Below are positions 54,527-62,656 of a stretch of 64,000 bases of DNA, piece after piece (position 1 is the stretch's first letter; each line of letters opens with the position of its first letter). Made by a program: the position numbers and the translations under genes. This DNA comes from Desulfurococcales archaeon (GTDB lineage Archaea > Thermoproteota > Thermoprotei_A > Sulfolobales > NBVN01): contig WAKQ01000011.1 in the NCBI GenBank assembly GCA_015523295.1, forward strand, positions 934-64,933, in the 5' to 3' direction. The notes under the pieces were generated by a model, which was not told the DNA's origin, searched no databases, and worked only from the letters and a program-made list of their open reading frames with translations.

Positions 54527-55279
54527 ATGCTTTGGGGATTTACAAGCAATCGAGGGAGGAAAAAAGAGTTAAGTCTTGTAGCGAGAAAGTATGAGAAATG
54601 TCTCACGTCAAATACATTACAAGAGTGTATTAGGAACGCAGCTAGCAACGTTGAGGCGTCTGGGAAGCCATATGAGCTTCTTGCGCTAATCGGTATTGCC
54701 GGATTTATTGATGAGGAACTAATTTTAAAGGAATTAAGTAAAAGCCTATCAGATGAGTATCTGAGAGAAAGGTTTCCCGAAAGCTATAAAATAATTTTGG
54801 GAATGGCTCGGGATTATGTAGGCGTTGTTAAGATCCTTCAAAGAATGTTATGGGATGGTGTGAACGTAAGTAAAAATGTTCTCATCAGTCTTCTTAATGA
54901 TGTAAAATGTAACGAACTGGAATTTCTAGGGAAAATAATCAACGATTTAGATTTCTATACATTGAGTGAGGGTTCTTTATCCATGGTTAGCGAATTTCTT
55001 GAGCACGTCTTAAGCATTGAGGGATGTCCAGAAGCTAAAATGGAGGCCTTAAGAGCGCTCATCAGGCTTTACTCTCTTGGAAAGCTTAACATACAAGACT
55101 TTAGAAGGCTAATGAAGAATAAAAAAATTAAAGTAGTCATTATGAGGCGCTCAGGTAAGGTAGAGGGTGTTAAGGTTTTTATGAACGGACAGCTTATTGC
55201 AGAAGGGATCAATGACTATATTATAGAGTTGTTGTCTTTAGCCCCTAAATTGAAAGATAATGCTTTAGCGATTTCGTAG
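54527..55279 (+). CDS. Hypothetical protein (helical-repeat-like with small C-terminal beta segment)
   Basis: A 250-aa ORF on the same strand as, and 63 nt after, the preceding hypothetical ORF. No family was recognised. Confidence 0.4.
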   Translation: MLWGFTSNRGRKKELSLVARKYEKCLTSNTLQECIRNAASNVEASGKPYELLALIGIAGFIDEELILKELSKSLSDEYLRERFPESYKIILGMARDYVGVVKILQRMLWDGVNVSKNVLISLLNDVKCNELEFLGKIINDLDFYTLSEGSLSMVSEFLEHVLSIEGCPEAKMEALRALIRLYSLGKLNIQDFRRLMKNKKIKVVIMRRSGKVEGVKVFMNGQLIAEGINDYIIELLSLAPKLKDNALAIS

Positions 55280-55293
55280 GAAGATCGGCTTTC

Positions 55294-56865
55294 TTAGGGA
55301 GCGCATATCTTCTCTCCAATTGATTTCACCAGAAATGAATTAACGTCGCTCACAATTCTCCAAGGAGCATCTTCCCAAGGAATCCCCTTAAAAGGATTTA
55401 AAAAGTTATGATGGCCTGATTTCCGAATGAAATGTAAAAATGACCTTATCCCACCTTCGCATTCATTCCACTTCCAAATCGCCTCTCCTATCTTTTCATC
55501 TCCCCTGGAGAGAAGGGCTTGTATATATGCTAATTTCCAGTCGTAGATTGATACCTCAGAAACGTAATCACTAGTGAGTTTCTTGAACATTCTTACTTTT
55601 CTCGTGAAATCTTCCTTTTTTATCATGCTGCAGTATTGCATTGGAGTCCATGCTTTAGGTATTAGGGGATTTACGCTTATCTTAATTGAGGCTCTCTTTA
55701 TTTGAGCTCTCCTTACAATATATCGCACTAGATTCCCCGCTTCTTCACCTGCTTCTTCACCTTCTGAGGGGAGGCCAAAGATAAAGTAGAGTTTCACTTG
55801 CATGTTCAATTCCTTTGCTTTTTCAGCGATTATTAGCAGAAGATCCTTCTCAAGCTTTTTCCTTATAAGATCGGCTGCTGTAACAACCCCTGTTTCAGGG
55901 GCTATGGTAATGGTTTTCTGTCCTCCTCTATGAATAAGCTCAATCCTTTTCTGGTTTAACGTATGGTATCTTATTGAAGGTAAGGAGTATCCTATTCCCT
56001 CCTCCAGCAGATGTTCTAGAAGCGTATCTGCCATGGGATGATCAAAGAAGGATAAAGCGTAAAATACTACCCTTCTTGGATGTTCCTCCGTAGTCCCTAA
56101 CCTAATAGCTTCTTCGATTCTAGCAAGTCGTCTGTATCGCGGGGGATTCGTCACATAAGCTTCCATGCAGAAAGGACAAAGCCACTTACAACCACGGCTG
56201 ATCTCAATGTAATAACCCTTACCATAAACAGGAGGAGTGTTTAGCGACCTAATAAGTCTTGGAGGTATGTAGGCATCATCATATTCAAGGACATGCATTC
56301 TCCTGACATTATCTTCTTTTCCTAGGAAGTAAACGGCCTCATTAGCTTCAATCTCCTTAATCTTCTCAATTACTAATTTCCTGTCAGGCCTTTTCCCTAA
56401 TTCGTTAATTATTTTTACTATTTCATGAAGTAGAGCCTCACCCTCACCAACAAATATGTAATCGAAAATAACTGATGCGGGGATCGGATTTGCCATGAGA
56501 GGTGGTCCACCAGCAATGAGTACAGGGTGATTTTTACCTAGCCTGAATTTACGAAGGACTGGGATCTTGTTCATTTTAAGTATCCTGGCAACTGTCAGCA
56601 GATCCAGCTCATATCCTATTGACGTTAAAATTAAGTCGAACTTGCTTAAGGGGATGCCGCTTAATGCACCTCTTTCAGGGTTATCTAACGTAAATCTATC
56701 CACCAGCACGTTCTGCAGATTTTCATATAGATAGAAGTAGGCTATATGGGTGAATAAATTTGTGAGTGAAGCCTGATAGGTGCTTGGATATAAGAGGCCT
56801 ATCTTCACCCCACTGCCTACTGGTTTAAACACATTTACTTCCTTGAACTTTCCCAGTCCCTTCAT
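55294..56865 (-). CDS. Radical SAM enzyme with N-terminal B12-binding-type domain (COG1032-like)
   Basis: The CX3CX2C cluster motif is in EISRGCKWLCPFCMEAY. The N-terminal 150 aa or so have a Rossmann-like layout, as in class B radical SAM proteins. Confidence 0.8.
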   Translation of the reverse strand: MKGLGKFKEVNVFKPVGSGVKIGLLYPSTYQASLTNLFTHIAYFYLYENLQNVLVDRFTLDNPERGALSGIPLSKFDLILTSIGYELDLLTVARILKMNKIPVLRKFRLGKNHPVLIAGGPPLMANPIPASVIFDYIFVGEGEALLHEIVKIINELGKRPDRKLVIEKIKEIEANEAVYFLGKEDNVRRMHVLEYDDAYIPPRLIRSLNTPPVYGKGYYIEISRGCKWLCPFCMEAYVTNPPRYRRLARIEEAIRLGTTEEHPRRVVFYALSFFDHPMADTLLEHLLEEGIGYSLPSIRYHTLNQKRIELIHRGGQKTITIAPETGVVTAADLIRKKLEKDLLLIIAEKAKELNMQVKLYFIFGLPSEGEEAGEEAGNLVRYIVRRAQIKRASIKISVNPLIPKAWTPMQYCSMIKKEDFTRKVRMFKKLTSDYVSEVSIYDWKLAYIQALLSRGDEKIGEAIWKWNECEGGIRSFLHFIRKSGHHNFLNPFKGIPWEDAPWRIVSDVNSFLVKSIGEKICAP

Positions 56866-56904
56866 CTCGATTCAATAAATGAAAGTTCTCTAGGTTTTAA
56901 TGAA

Positions 56905-57324
56905 TTAAACAATGCTTTCACTTCTTCTTCTCTTAACGCTCTCTGCTATCTGTGTAACTAGCTGATCCACGAGCTCCTTATGTTTTTTCCTGATGTGATG
57001 CTCGATTCTGGCCTTAGTCAGTTGCTGGTCGCACTTTAAACAAATATACCTTCCCCTTACCTTTAACACAATAGGCTCAATATTAAGGATATATGGGAAA
57101 ATCGCTTTCACTATAGATTGAGCTACTAAATGATTTCTAGCCTTATCCATAATCCTCTGAGCATATCCTCTAACCCTAAATTTAGAAATGTTATACTTAT
57201 GTCCAATGGTGCTGGGGGATAGGCCATCAACTAAGTATTCCTTAACAGCCATGATAGCTATTACATCTCCCGCAAGCTTCTTAATAACCAAGTACCTTGT
57301 GATGGCAACAAGAGGGTCATCCAC
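56905..57324 (-). CDS. Putative DNA-binding protein: HTH segment plus C-terminal C2H2-like zinc finger
   Basis: GLSPSTIGHKYNISKFRVRGYAQRI is HTH-like. CLKCDQQLTKARIEHHIRKKH has the pattern C-x2-C...H-x4-H (or H-x5-H counted from the adjacent His). Confidence 0.45.
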   Translation of the reverse strand: MDDPLVAITRYLVIKKLAGDVIAIMAVKEYLVDGLSPSTIGHKYNISKFRVRGYAQRIMDKARNHLVAQSIVKAIFPYILNIEPIVLKVRGRYICLKCDQQLTKARIEHHIRKKHKELVDQLVTQIAESVKRRRSESIV

Positions 57325-57479
57325 CTCATCACACCATTATATACATTGTCTGGTGGAATGTTTTTAAGGAGGAAGAGACAATAGGCTTGGAACAACCACT
57401 TACTTTCCATATTTATAAGCGTTGTCTGCGAAATTATTGACGGCACTCTTTATTACCCTCAGCTTGCTACCTAATAATA

Positions 57480-57701
57480 ATGGGGGGCCGGATTGAAGTG
57501 GAGAGAGATGCTGCATCAGCAATAATATCGCTGAAGCTTGATGTAAGGACTATTAAGAGAATTGAGCATTTAGTTCATCAAGGTTACTTCAAGAGTAAAA
57601 GCGATGTAATAAGGACTGCAATAAAGGCGAAACTTGAAAAAGAGCGTAAATTAAGTAAAACTAGGACAATAGTTTCAGATACTGCAGACTTTATTAAATG
57701 A
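57480..57701 (+). CDS. Ribbon-helix-helix (CopG/Arc/MetJ-type) DNA-binding protein
   Basis: IISLKLDVRTIKRIEHLVHQGYFKSKSDVIRTAIKAKL fits a beta-strand followed by two helices in the RHH pattern. Confidence 0.65.
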   Translation: MGGRIEVERDAASAIISLKLDVRTIKRIEHLVHQGYFKSKSDVIRTAIKAKLEKERKLSKTRTIVSDTADFIK

Positions 57702-57752
57702 GTGGCTTAATATAAAATCTAAGAACATTAACTCTGTTTAGAGGTAGGGTTT

Positions 57753-58037
57753 ATGGCTCTTTCTTGGGAACCTAGGTGGGTAAGGGTGAAAGTGAAATGT
57801 GGAGGGATAGAAGTCACTACATGCAAGGACTTGAGCACTAACTTACTTCTTTGTCCTTTATGTGTAGATATTAATAAAGTCTGTCCTGAAGGTAAGGAAA
57901 CTAATATATCGGTTGAGGACGTTCCAACATTTTTCACTGTTGAGGATCTCATCAATCATATGAAAACTCATGGAAGCCATAGATATTCCAAGAAAATTAA
58001 GCCTGTTAAAGGGTTTGAAAGGCCGGAGGGTTCCTGA
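57753..58037 (+). CDS. Small C2H2-type zinc-finger protein
   Basis: LCPLC...FFTVEDLINHMKTH has the pattern C-x2-C...H-x3-H. Small C2H2 proteins are common in crenarchaeal viruses and plasmids and in their hosts. Confidence 0.45.
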   Translation: MALSWEPRWVRVKVKCGGIEVTTCKDLSTNLLLCPLCVDINKVCPEGKETNISVEDVPTFFTVEDLINHMKTHGSHRYSKKIKPVKGFERPEGS

Positions 58038-58038
58038 T

Positions 58039-58974
58039 ATGAAGATATACTTAGGCCTATCACTGACGACGCTCATGATGAGCCCCTCGTCGAGTGACTT
58101 AGTTATTGATGTTTGGGAAGGCGGTAGCACCTTATATGGATGGGATGTGCGTGATATATGTATAGATCGAGTTCCGCTAATAGTAAGCGATCCTGATTGT
58201 ATAAAGGTGGTTGGAGGTAAGCTCGCTAAATTTACTGTAAGTAAGGATGTAATAGGAGACAAGCATGATATTTATAGGAAACTAAAACTTAAGGATACAA
58301 GTACATTTGACCTCTTCTGGCCTGCCAGAGTAAAGGACATCTGTTATATGCCTTTAGGCGGTTGGTGTAAGGAATTTAGAAAGATGCTAATGTCTTTAAA
58401 GAGTAAAATCCTGCTCGGGGAGCTTAAGGAGATCGATCTAGTGAAACGCGAAATAAGAGTTGGCTGGTGGAACAGTATTCAATATGATGAACTCATCAAT
58501 ACATTGCCTTTAGATTATTTTTTGACTAAGCTTAATGATAGGCCAGGTTCTTTAAAATATACACTGTATAATGTGCCTTTCTATATAGCATCGTTTGTCC
58601 TTAGTGGAACACGCGATGATGTTAGGATTATCTTTCTAGGGAAAAAGAAATATGCCTCCATAGCAATGATTGAGGTCCCTGGGAAAGTATACGGGTTAGA
58701 TAATGTATTCATTGCTTACTTGTTCATACCTTATGAGACCTTTAAGAGACTGGGAGCGTTTAGAGAGAAAGCAATTTCGGACCTTAAGAGACTGGGTATT
58801 CGAAAAAGCGACATTCTTGTTGAGAGAGGGTATTATGAAAAGTATGGATTAATAGTAGGAGATGTGGATAAGGAGGAATTTAAAGATTATAATATTAGAC
58901 TAGAGGGTAGATTAGGAAGCTGGTCAGAAAAGGGTATATGCGATGTTATTAATGAATACCTTATGAAGAGATAA
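58039..58974 (+). CDS. FAD/NAD(P)-oxidoreductase-fold-like protein with degenerate dinucleotide-binding motif
   Basis: The layout resembles amine-oxidase/protoporphyrinogen-oxidase-like proteins: YDELINTLPLDYFL in the middle and LEGRLGSWSEKGICDVINE at the C-terminus. The N-terminal GxGxxG position reads KIYLGLSLTTLMMS. The start at ATG 58039 is 1 nt after the upstream stop. Confidence 0.4.
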   Translation: MKIYLGLSLTTLMMSPSSSDLVIDVWEGGSTLYGWDVRDICIDRVPLIVSDPDCIKVVGGKLAKFTVSKDVIGDKHDIYRKLKLKDTSTFDLFWPARVKDICYMPLGGWCKEFRKMLMSLKSKILLGELKEIDLVKREIRVGWWNSIQYDELINTLPLDYFLTKLNDRPGSLKYTLYNVPFYIASFVLSGTRDDVRIIFLGKKKYASIAMIEVPGKVYGLDNVFIAYLFIPYETFKRLGAFREKAISDLKRLGIRKSDILVERGYYEKYGLIVGDVDKEEFKDYNIRLEGRLGSWSEKGICDVINEYLMKR

Positions 58975-59298
58975 TCATATGGTTATAGCTACGCCATTGC
59001 CTAGGGGGCCGTCATCAGTTAATGAGGCACCTAAAACAACATCGTTCTCCCACTTGCCTTCGCTCGATGCTGCTGTCAGGATAAGGTTAGATAGCTCCTC
59101 AACCGATAAAGGCCTAGTGACTGGGAATTCAAGCCCATTAATAATTATCGCTACTCTGCCCTTCCTCACCTGAAAAGGAACTACATAGACTTCCACTCCA
59201 TATTCTCGGAATAAGCGCTGCGCAGTGTTCCAAGCTATTCTTAAAAGATCCTCTCCTAAACTGCTTCCATTTGTTATCACCGTTACTTCTATGCTCAT
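58975..59298 (-). CDS. Hypothetical protein
   Basis: A 107-aa ORF whose stop abuts the convergent upstream gene with 0 nt between them. No family was recognised. Confidence 0.35.
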   Translation of the reverse strand: MSIEVTVITNGSSLGEDLLRIAWNTAQRLFREYGVEVYVVPFQVRKGRVAIIINGLEFPVTRPLSVEELSNLILTAASSEGKWENDVVLGASLTDDGPLGNGVAITI

Positions 59299-59368
59299 AT
59301 GACTCCCGTAAGATAAACTCAGATAACCTTATTTTTAAGACAGCAACCACATAGCGTGGAGACGTGAT

Positions 59369-59611
59369 ATGGTTGTATGGTTCGCTTATATGGTATCTCC
59401 TCTGGGACCTAGTGTTCGGCTTAAAAAGGCGTTTCACATGGGTTTACAGGATGAAGATAATGTTGAGTTGAGGAAAAAGCTGTGTAACTCTTTCCAAGTC
59501 CAGGAGGTTGATTTAGAGGATTTGGCAGGCAGGTATGAAGTGGCAAAGCTGGATCCAGACCTCACGGATGTTGCATCAGGAGGAGTGGTCGAGATTTACC
59601 ATATATGTTAG
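59369..59611 (+). CDS. Hypothetical small protein (start uncertain; an internal ATG gives 57 aa)
   Basis: ORF only. No family was recognised. Confidence 0.25.
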   Translation: MVVWFAYMVSPLGPSVRLKKAFHMGLQDEDNVELRKKLCNSFQVQEVDLEDLAGRYEVAKLDPDLTDVASGGVVEIYHIC

Positions 59612-59660
59612 CTTTCTGAAGCGATGAATTAAAATTCCTGTAAAGGTATATTCACTGGAG

Positions 59661-60188
59661 GTGGGATCTTTGGCGAGAAAAAGGAGATCATTATTTGATA
59701 TATTCAACGATTTGTTGCGTGAGGTCGATGAGGAGTTTAGAGAGTTTTTAGAGGAGTTCGAGAGAATGGGTGAATTCGAACCTCAGGAGTTTAGAGCAGG
59801 ATCTTTAAGGCCTTTCGTATACGGATTCCGAATAACTATAGGTCCAGATGGTAAGCCTAAAATAGAGGAGTTCGGCAACGTTAAGAAAACCGGGCGTATG
59901 CCGAGAATAAGCGAAGAGATGGAACCTCTTGTTGATATTATTGATGAAGGTAATAAAGTGAGAATTGTGGCGGAAGTACCAGGTGTTGAGAAAGATAAGA
60001 TTAAACTTAAGGTTTCAGGGAGGAAGTTAGTGATTGATGCATCTAACGGCAAGAAGTATCATAAGGAAATTGACCTACCCTATGAAGTCGACCTTAAAAA
60101 TGCTAAGGCAAGATATAGAAATGGCGTTCTCGAAATAGAAGCTAGTAAAACGAGCAAAGGAGAAGAGTTTGAAATCAAAGTTGATTAG
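59661..60188 (+). CDS. Small heat-shock protein (Hsp20/alpha-crystallin family)
   Basis: The alpha-crystallin domain reads PLVDIIDEGNKVRIVAEVPGVEKDKIKLKVSGRKLVIDA...KEIDLPYEVDLKNAKARYRNGVLEIEA. Confidence 0.85.
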   Translation: MGSLARKRRSLFDIFNDLLREVDEEFREFLEEFERMGEFEPQEFRAGSLRPFVYGFRITIGPDGKPKIEEFGNVKKTGRMPRISEEMEPLVDIIDEGNKVRIVAEVPGVEKDKIKLKVSGRKLVIDASNGKKYHKEIDLPYEVDLKNAKARYRNGVLEIEASKTSKGEEFEIKVD

Positions 60189-60214
60189 AGACTTTTCAGT
60201 ATGTAGTCATTCCC

Positions 60215-60715
60215 TCAATAAATGATGGCGCTTTTCCCTAGCGGATCCTCAATAATTAATGTGAACTTAATATCACCTTCCATGGCTTTTTCCAAGGCTT
60301 TTACTTTCTTATAACATTTAGAAGAACTTGAGAAACATTCGGAGGGAACGTGATCTAAAATACGTTGAATTATTCCCTCAACTGTAGTTATGTAGCCATG
60401 GGCAGCTGGTCCAGGTGTGATCTCCACCCCTAGTTCAGGTATTCTGATTGTCGCTGAGGATGCTTTAACAACTAGGGCATTAAGCTCCTTTCTTCCATTA
60501 ACCTCGAATGTAATTGTCCTCGGACCTTGAGACTCAGCTATGCTAGCATCTGACCATCTGAAGCCGCAGTAAGCGCATTTTCCAGTTTCGATGATCACTT
60601 CTCCTACTAGAGGGGCTTCATAAGTATAGTAGGCAATAGTTAACGCTTTTTCTCCACATACTGGACATTTTACTTTATATTCGCCAATTTTCTTTGGAGC
60701 AGCATTACTTAGCAA
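60215..60715 (-). CDS. ZPR1-type zinc-finger protein
   Basis: CPVCGEKAL...YEAPLVGEVIIETGKCAYCGF (C-x2-C...C-x2-C) is followed by a ZPR1-like beta domain. Confidence 0.75.
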   Translation of the reverse strand: MLSNAAPKKIGEYKVKCPVCGEKALTIAYYTYEAPLVGEVIIETGKCAYCGFRWSDASIAESQGPRTITFEVNGRKELNALVVKASSATIRIPELGVEITPGPAAHGYITTVEGIIQRILDHVPSECFSSSSKCYKKVKALEKAMEGDIKFTLIIEDPLGKSAIIY

Positions 60716-60740
60716 TGAGGGTCACACATATCGGTTTAAT

Positions 60741-61427
60741 ATGTTTGCCCAAATAAACTTTGGTAAGAGACACTTGGGATTTGCAGAGATAACTAATATG
60801 GTGCTGAAGCTAGTAGGAGGGCCTATCGGGATCTTCTTAGTGAGCTTGCTTTCCAATTCAATTCCATTTGTCACCATACCCTATTTAGGGATTATAGCTG
60901 GATACACAGTTTTCTACAGAGATTTATGGAGTCAGATATTACTCATAACATCTTCATCGCTTGGGGCAGCGACCGGTAAGATCGTTGTTTATTTTCTGGG
61001 ATCGGCAGCGAGAAGGGGCTTAAGCGAGAACTCTAAGAGAAATGTGGAGCTATTTAAGAAACTTGCTAGAAGATCCCTTTTTCTAGCGATATTATTTTTG
61101 GCTGCCACCCCCCTGCCAGATGATATACTCTATATCCCCTTAGGTTTAATGAAATACCCGATTCTGCCTTACTTCACCGCAATCTTGATAGGTAAGGTAA
61201 TTATAACTTCGGTTGTGGTAGTCTATGCGTCATGGATTACTACCTTCGCTATCAATGATCTGTATACAATTCCTTTATGGGTAGGAGTGACAGTAGCCCT
61301 CATATATGTCGTGATGAAGATCGACTGGTATAGTGTCGTTGAAGAAGTTTCAGATAAAGGCATATGCAGATACGTCAGCGATATATTGAAAAGTATCCTG
61401 CATAGATCAGGTTCTGGTAAGAAATAA
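60741..61427 (+). CDS. DedA/VTT-domain-like membrane protein
   Basis: Several TM segments, with LSNSIPFVTIPYLGII and TPLPDDILYIPLGLMKYP resembling the SNARE-associated/DedA family. Confidence 0.45.
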   Translation: MFAQINFGKRHLGFAEITNMVLKLVGGPIGIFLVSLLSNSIPFVTIPYLGIIAGYTVFYRDLWSQILLITSSSLGAATGKIVVYFLGSAARRGLSENSKRNVELFKKLARRSLFLAILFLAATPLPDDILYIPLGLMKYPILPYFTAILIGKVIITSVVVVYASWITTFAINDLYTIPLWVGVTVALIYVVMKIDWYSVVEEVSDKGICRYVSDILKSILHRSGSGKK

Positions 61428-62654
61428 ATTAAGGAATTCCTTATATTTTCCGTTTATCTCGTCTAGATTTTTAACTTTGATGAGTTTTCCTTCGCTGTAA
61501 ACCTTAGTCCCGCCGACGTATGCCTCACTCACTCTAGCATTACCCCATGTAATTTCAGGGACAGGGGACTCGGCGACAACGTCATTTGATTCCCAAACAA
61601 CTATATCAGCAGGCTCGCCGGGAACTAAGTCACCATTACCTATTTTTAAGGCGCGATATCCACCTTCTGTTGCCAGTGAGAATATGAGCTCAGGTTGTAA
61701 GGGTCTACCACCTCCGTAATGTAGGGATTGTAGAGCTATCATATCATGTTGAAGGTTGTATGTAGGTGCAACGTCAATGCCTAATGAAACTCTCCCTCCA
61801 CCCCTCAATAATGGGGTGATTGGAGTGATGCCGTCGCCTAAACCTATGTTAGATCTTGGGGTGTGGGCAACCCATATGGATTGAGCATGCCTTATTAGGT
61901 CGATAGCCTGCGATATCCATATTGAATGAGCTATAAGTGCATCAACACTTGCCAGCCCTGTATAATTTATAAACTCCCTAAGACCCATGCCCCATTCTTT
62001 CCTAAGCCATAAGAGGTCTTCTTCAACCTCTGCTAAGTGTGTGTGAATGCCTATTCCTTTTACTCTTGCGATGTCGACTATGTTTTTGAAGTCTTTGGGT
62101 TTGAGAAGTCTTGGTGTGCATGGACCTAGTCTTGCTCTGATTAAAGGATTGCTACTAGAGATACGTATTAGCTCTAAATTTTCATCTAAGGCTTCTTCGT
62201 AGTCAGTATAGAGGCCCTTATCCATTATCGCAACGCTTAAGTCGGCCCTAAGTCCAACCAGCTTCACGGCCTCAGCGACTAATGTCTCATTAATATGCAT
62301 ATCGGCAAAGGCCGTTACACCTCCTGAAACTAACTCCTTCATAGCCTTAATAGAGGTAAGAAAAGATGCCTCCGGGTGCTCTCTAAGAAATTTCTCCCAG
62401 GGCCACGCATACATTGAGACCCAATCGTCGAGATTTAGGCCTAGAACCGTAGTAGAGCGTATGGGGTAGAGACCTAGGTGAGTATGAGTTGAAGCCAACC
62501 CATGAGTTACTATTTTGGTTGATGCATCTTTACTCTTGTCTAAGCCATCTCTAACAATTTCTATTCTCTTGATCTCTGTATTGAAGTCTATGCAGGCGTT
62601 CTTAACCCATATATAGGGGGAAATTACGATGAAATCAGCGCATATTTCAGTCAT
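61407..62654 (-). CDS. Amidohydrolase-superfamily deaminase (MTA/SAH deaminase or chlorohydrolase-like)
   Basis: The HxH metal motif is in GLASTHTHLG. Later IGIHTHLAE and AHSIW histidines are present, and the protein is 415 aa. Confidence 0.75.
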   Translation of the reverse strand: MTEICADFIVISPYIWVKNACIDFNTEIKRIEIVRDGLDKSKDASTKIVTHGLASTHTHLGLYPIRSTTVLGLNLDDWVSMYAWPWEKFLREHPEASFLTSIKAMKELVSGGVTAFADMHINETLVAEAVKLVGLRADLSVAIMDKGLYTDYEEALDENLELIRISSSNPLIRARLGPCTPRLLKPKDFKNIVDIARVKGIGIHTHLAEVEEDLLWLRKEWGMGLREFINYTGLASVDALIAHSIWISQAIDLIRHAQSIWVAHTPRSNIGLGDGITPITPLLRGGGRVSLGIDVAPTYNLQHDMIALQSLHYGGGRPLQPELIFSLATEGGYRALKIGNGDLVPGEPADIVVWESNDVVAESPVPEITWGNARVSEAYVGGTKVYSEGKLIKVKNLDEINGKYKEFLNLFLTRT

Positions 62655-62656
62655 TG

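Noticed and set aside
57480-58037. RHH protein plus downstream small ORF as a type II toxin-antitoxin module
   Set aside because: The downstream 94-aa protein has a C2H2 zinc-finger pattern and no resemblance to RelE, ParE, VapC, MazF or HicA-type toxins that I can recognise. The genes are separated by 51 nt rather than overlapping.
53138-59611. Integrated virus or plasmid
   Set aside because: I found no integrase, no flanking direct repeats or tRNA-gene junction, and no capsid, ATPase or replication genes. Only the small RHH and C2H2 proteins and the AT-richness hint at a foreign origin. I kept it as a finding about an accessory block, not as a mobile-element call.
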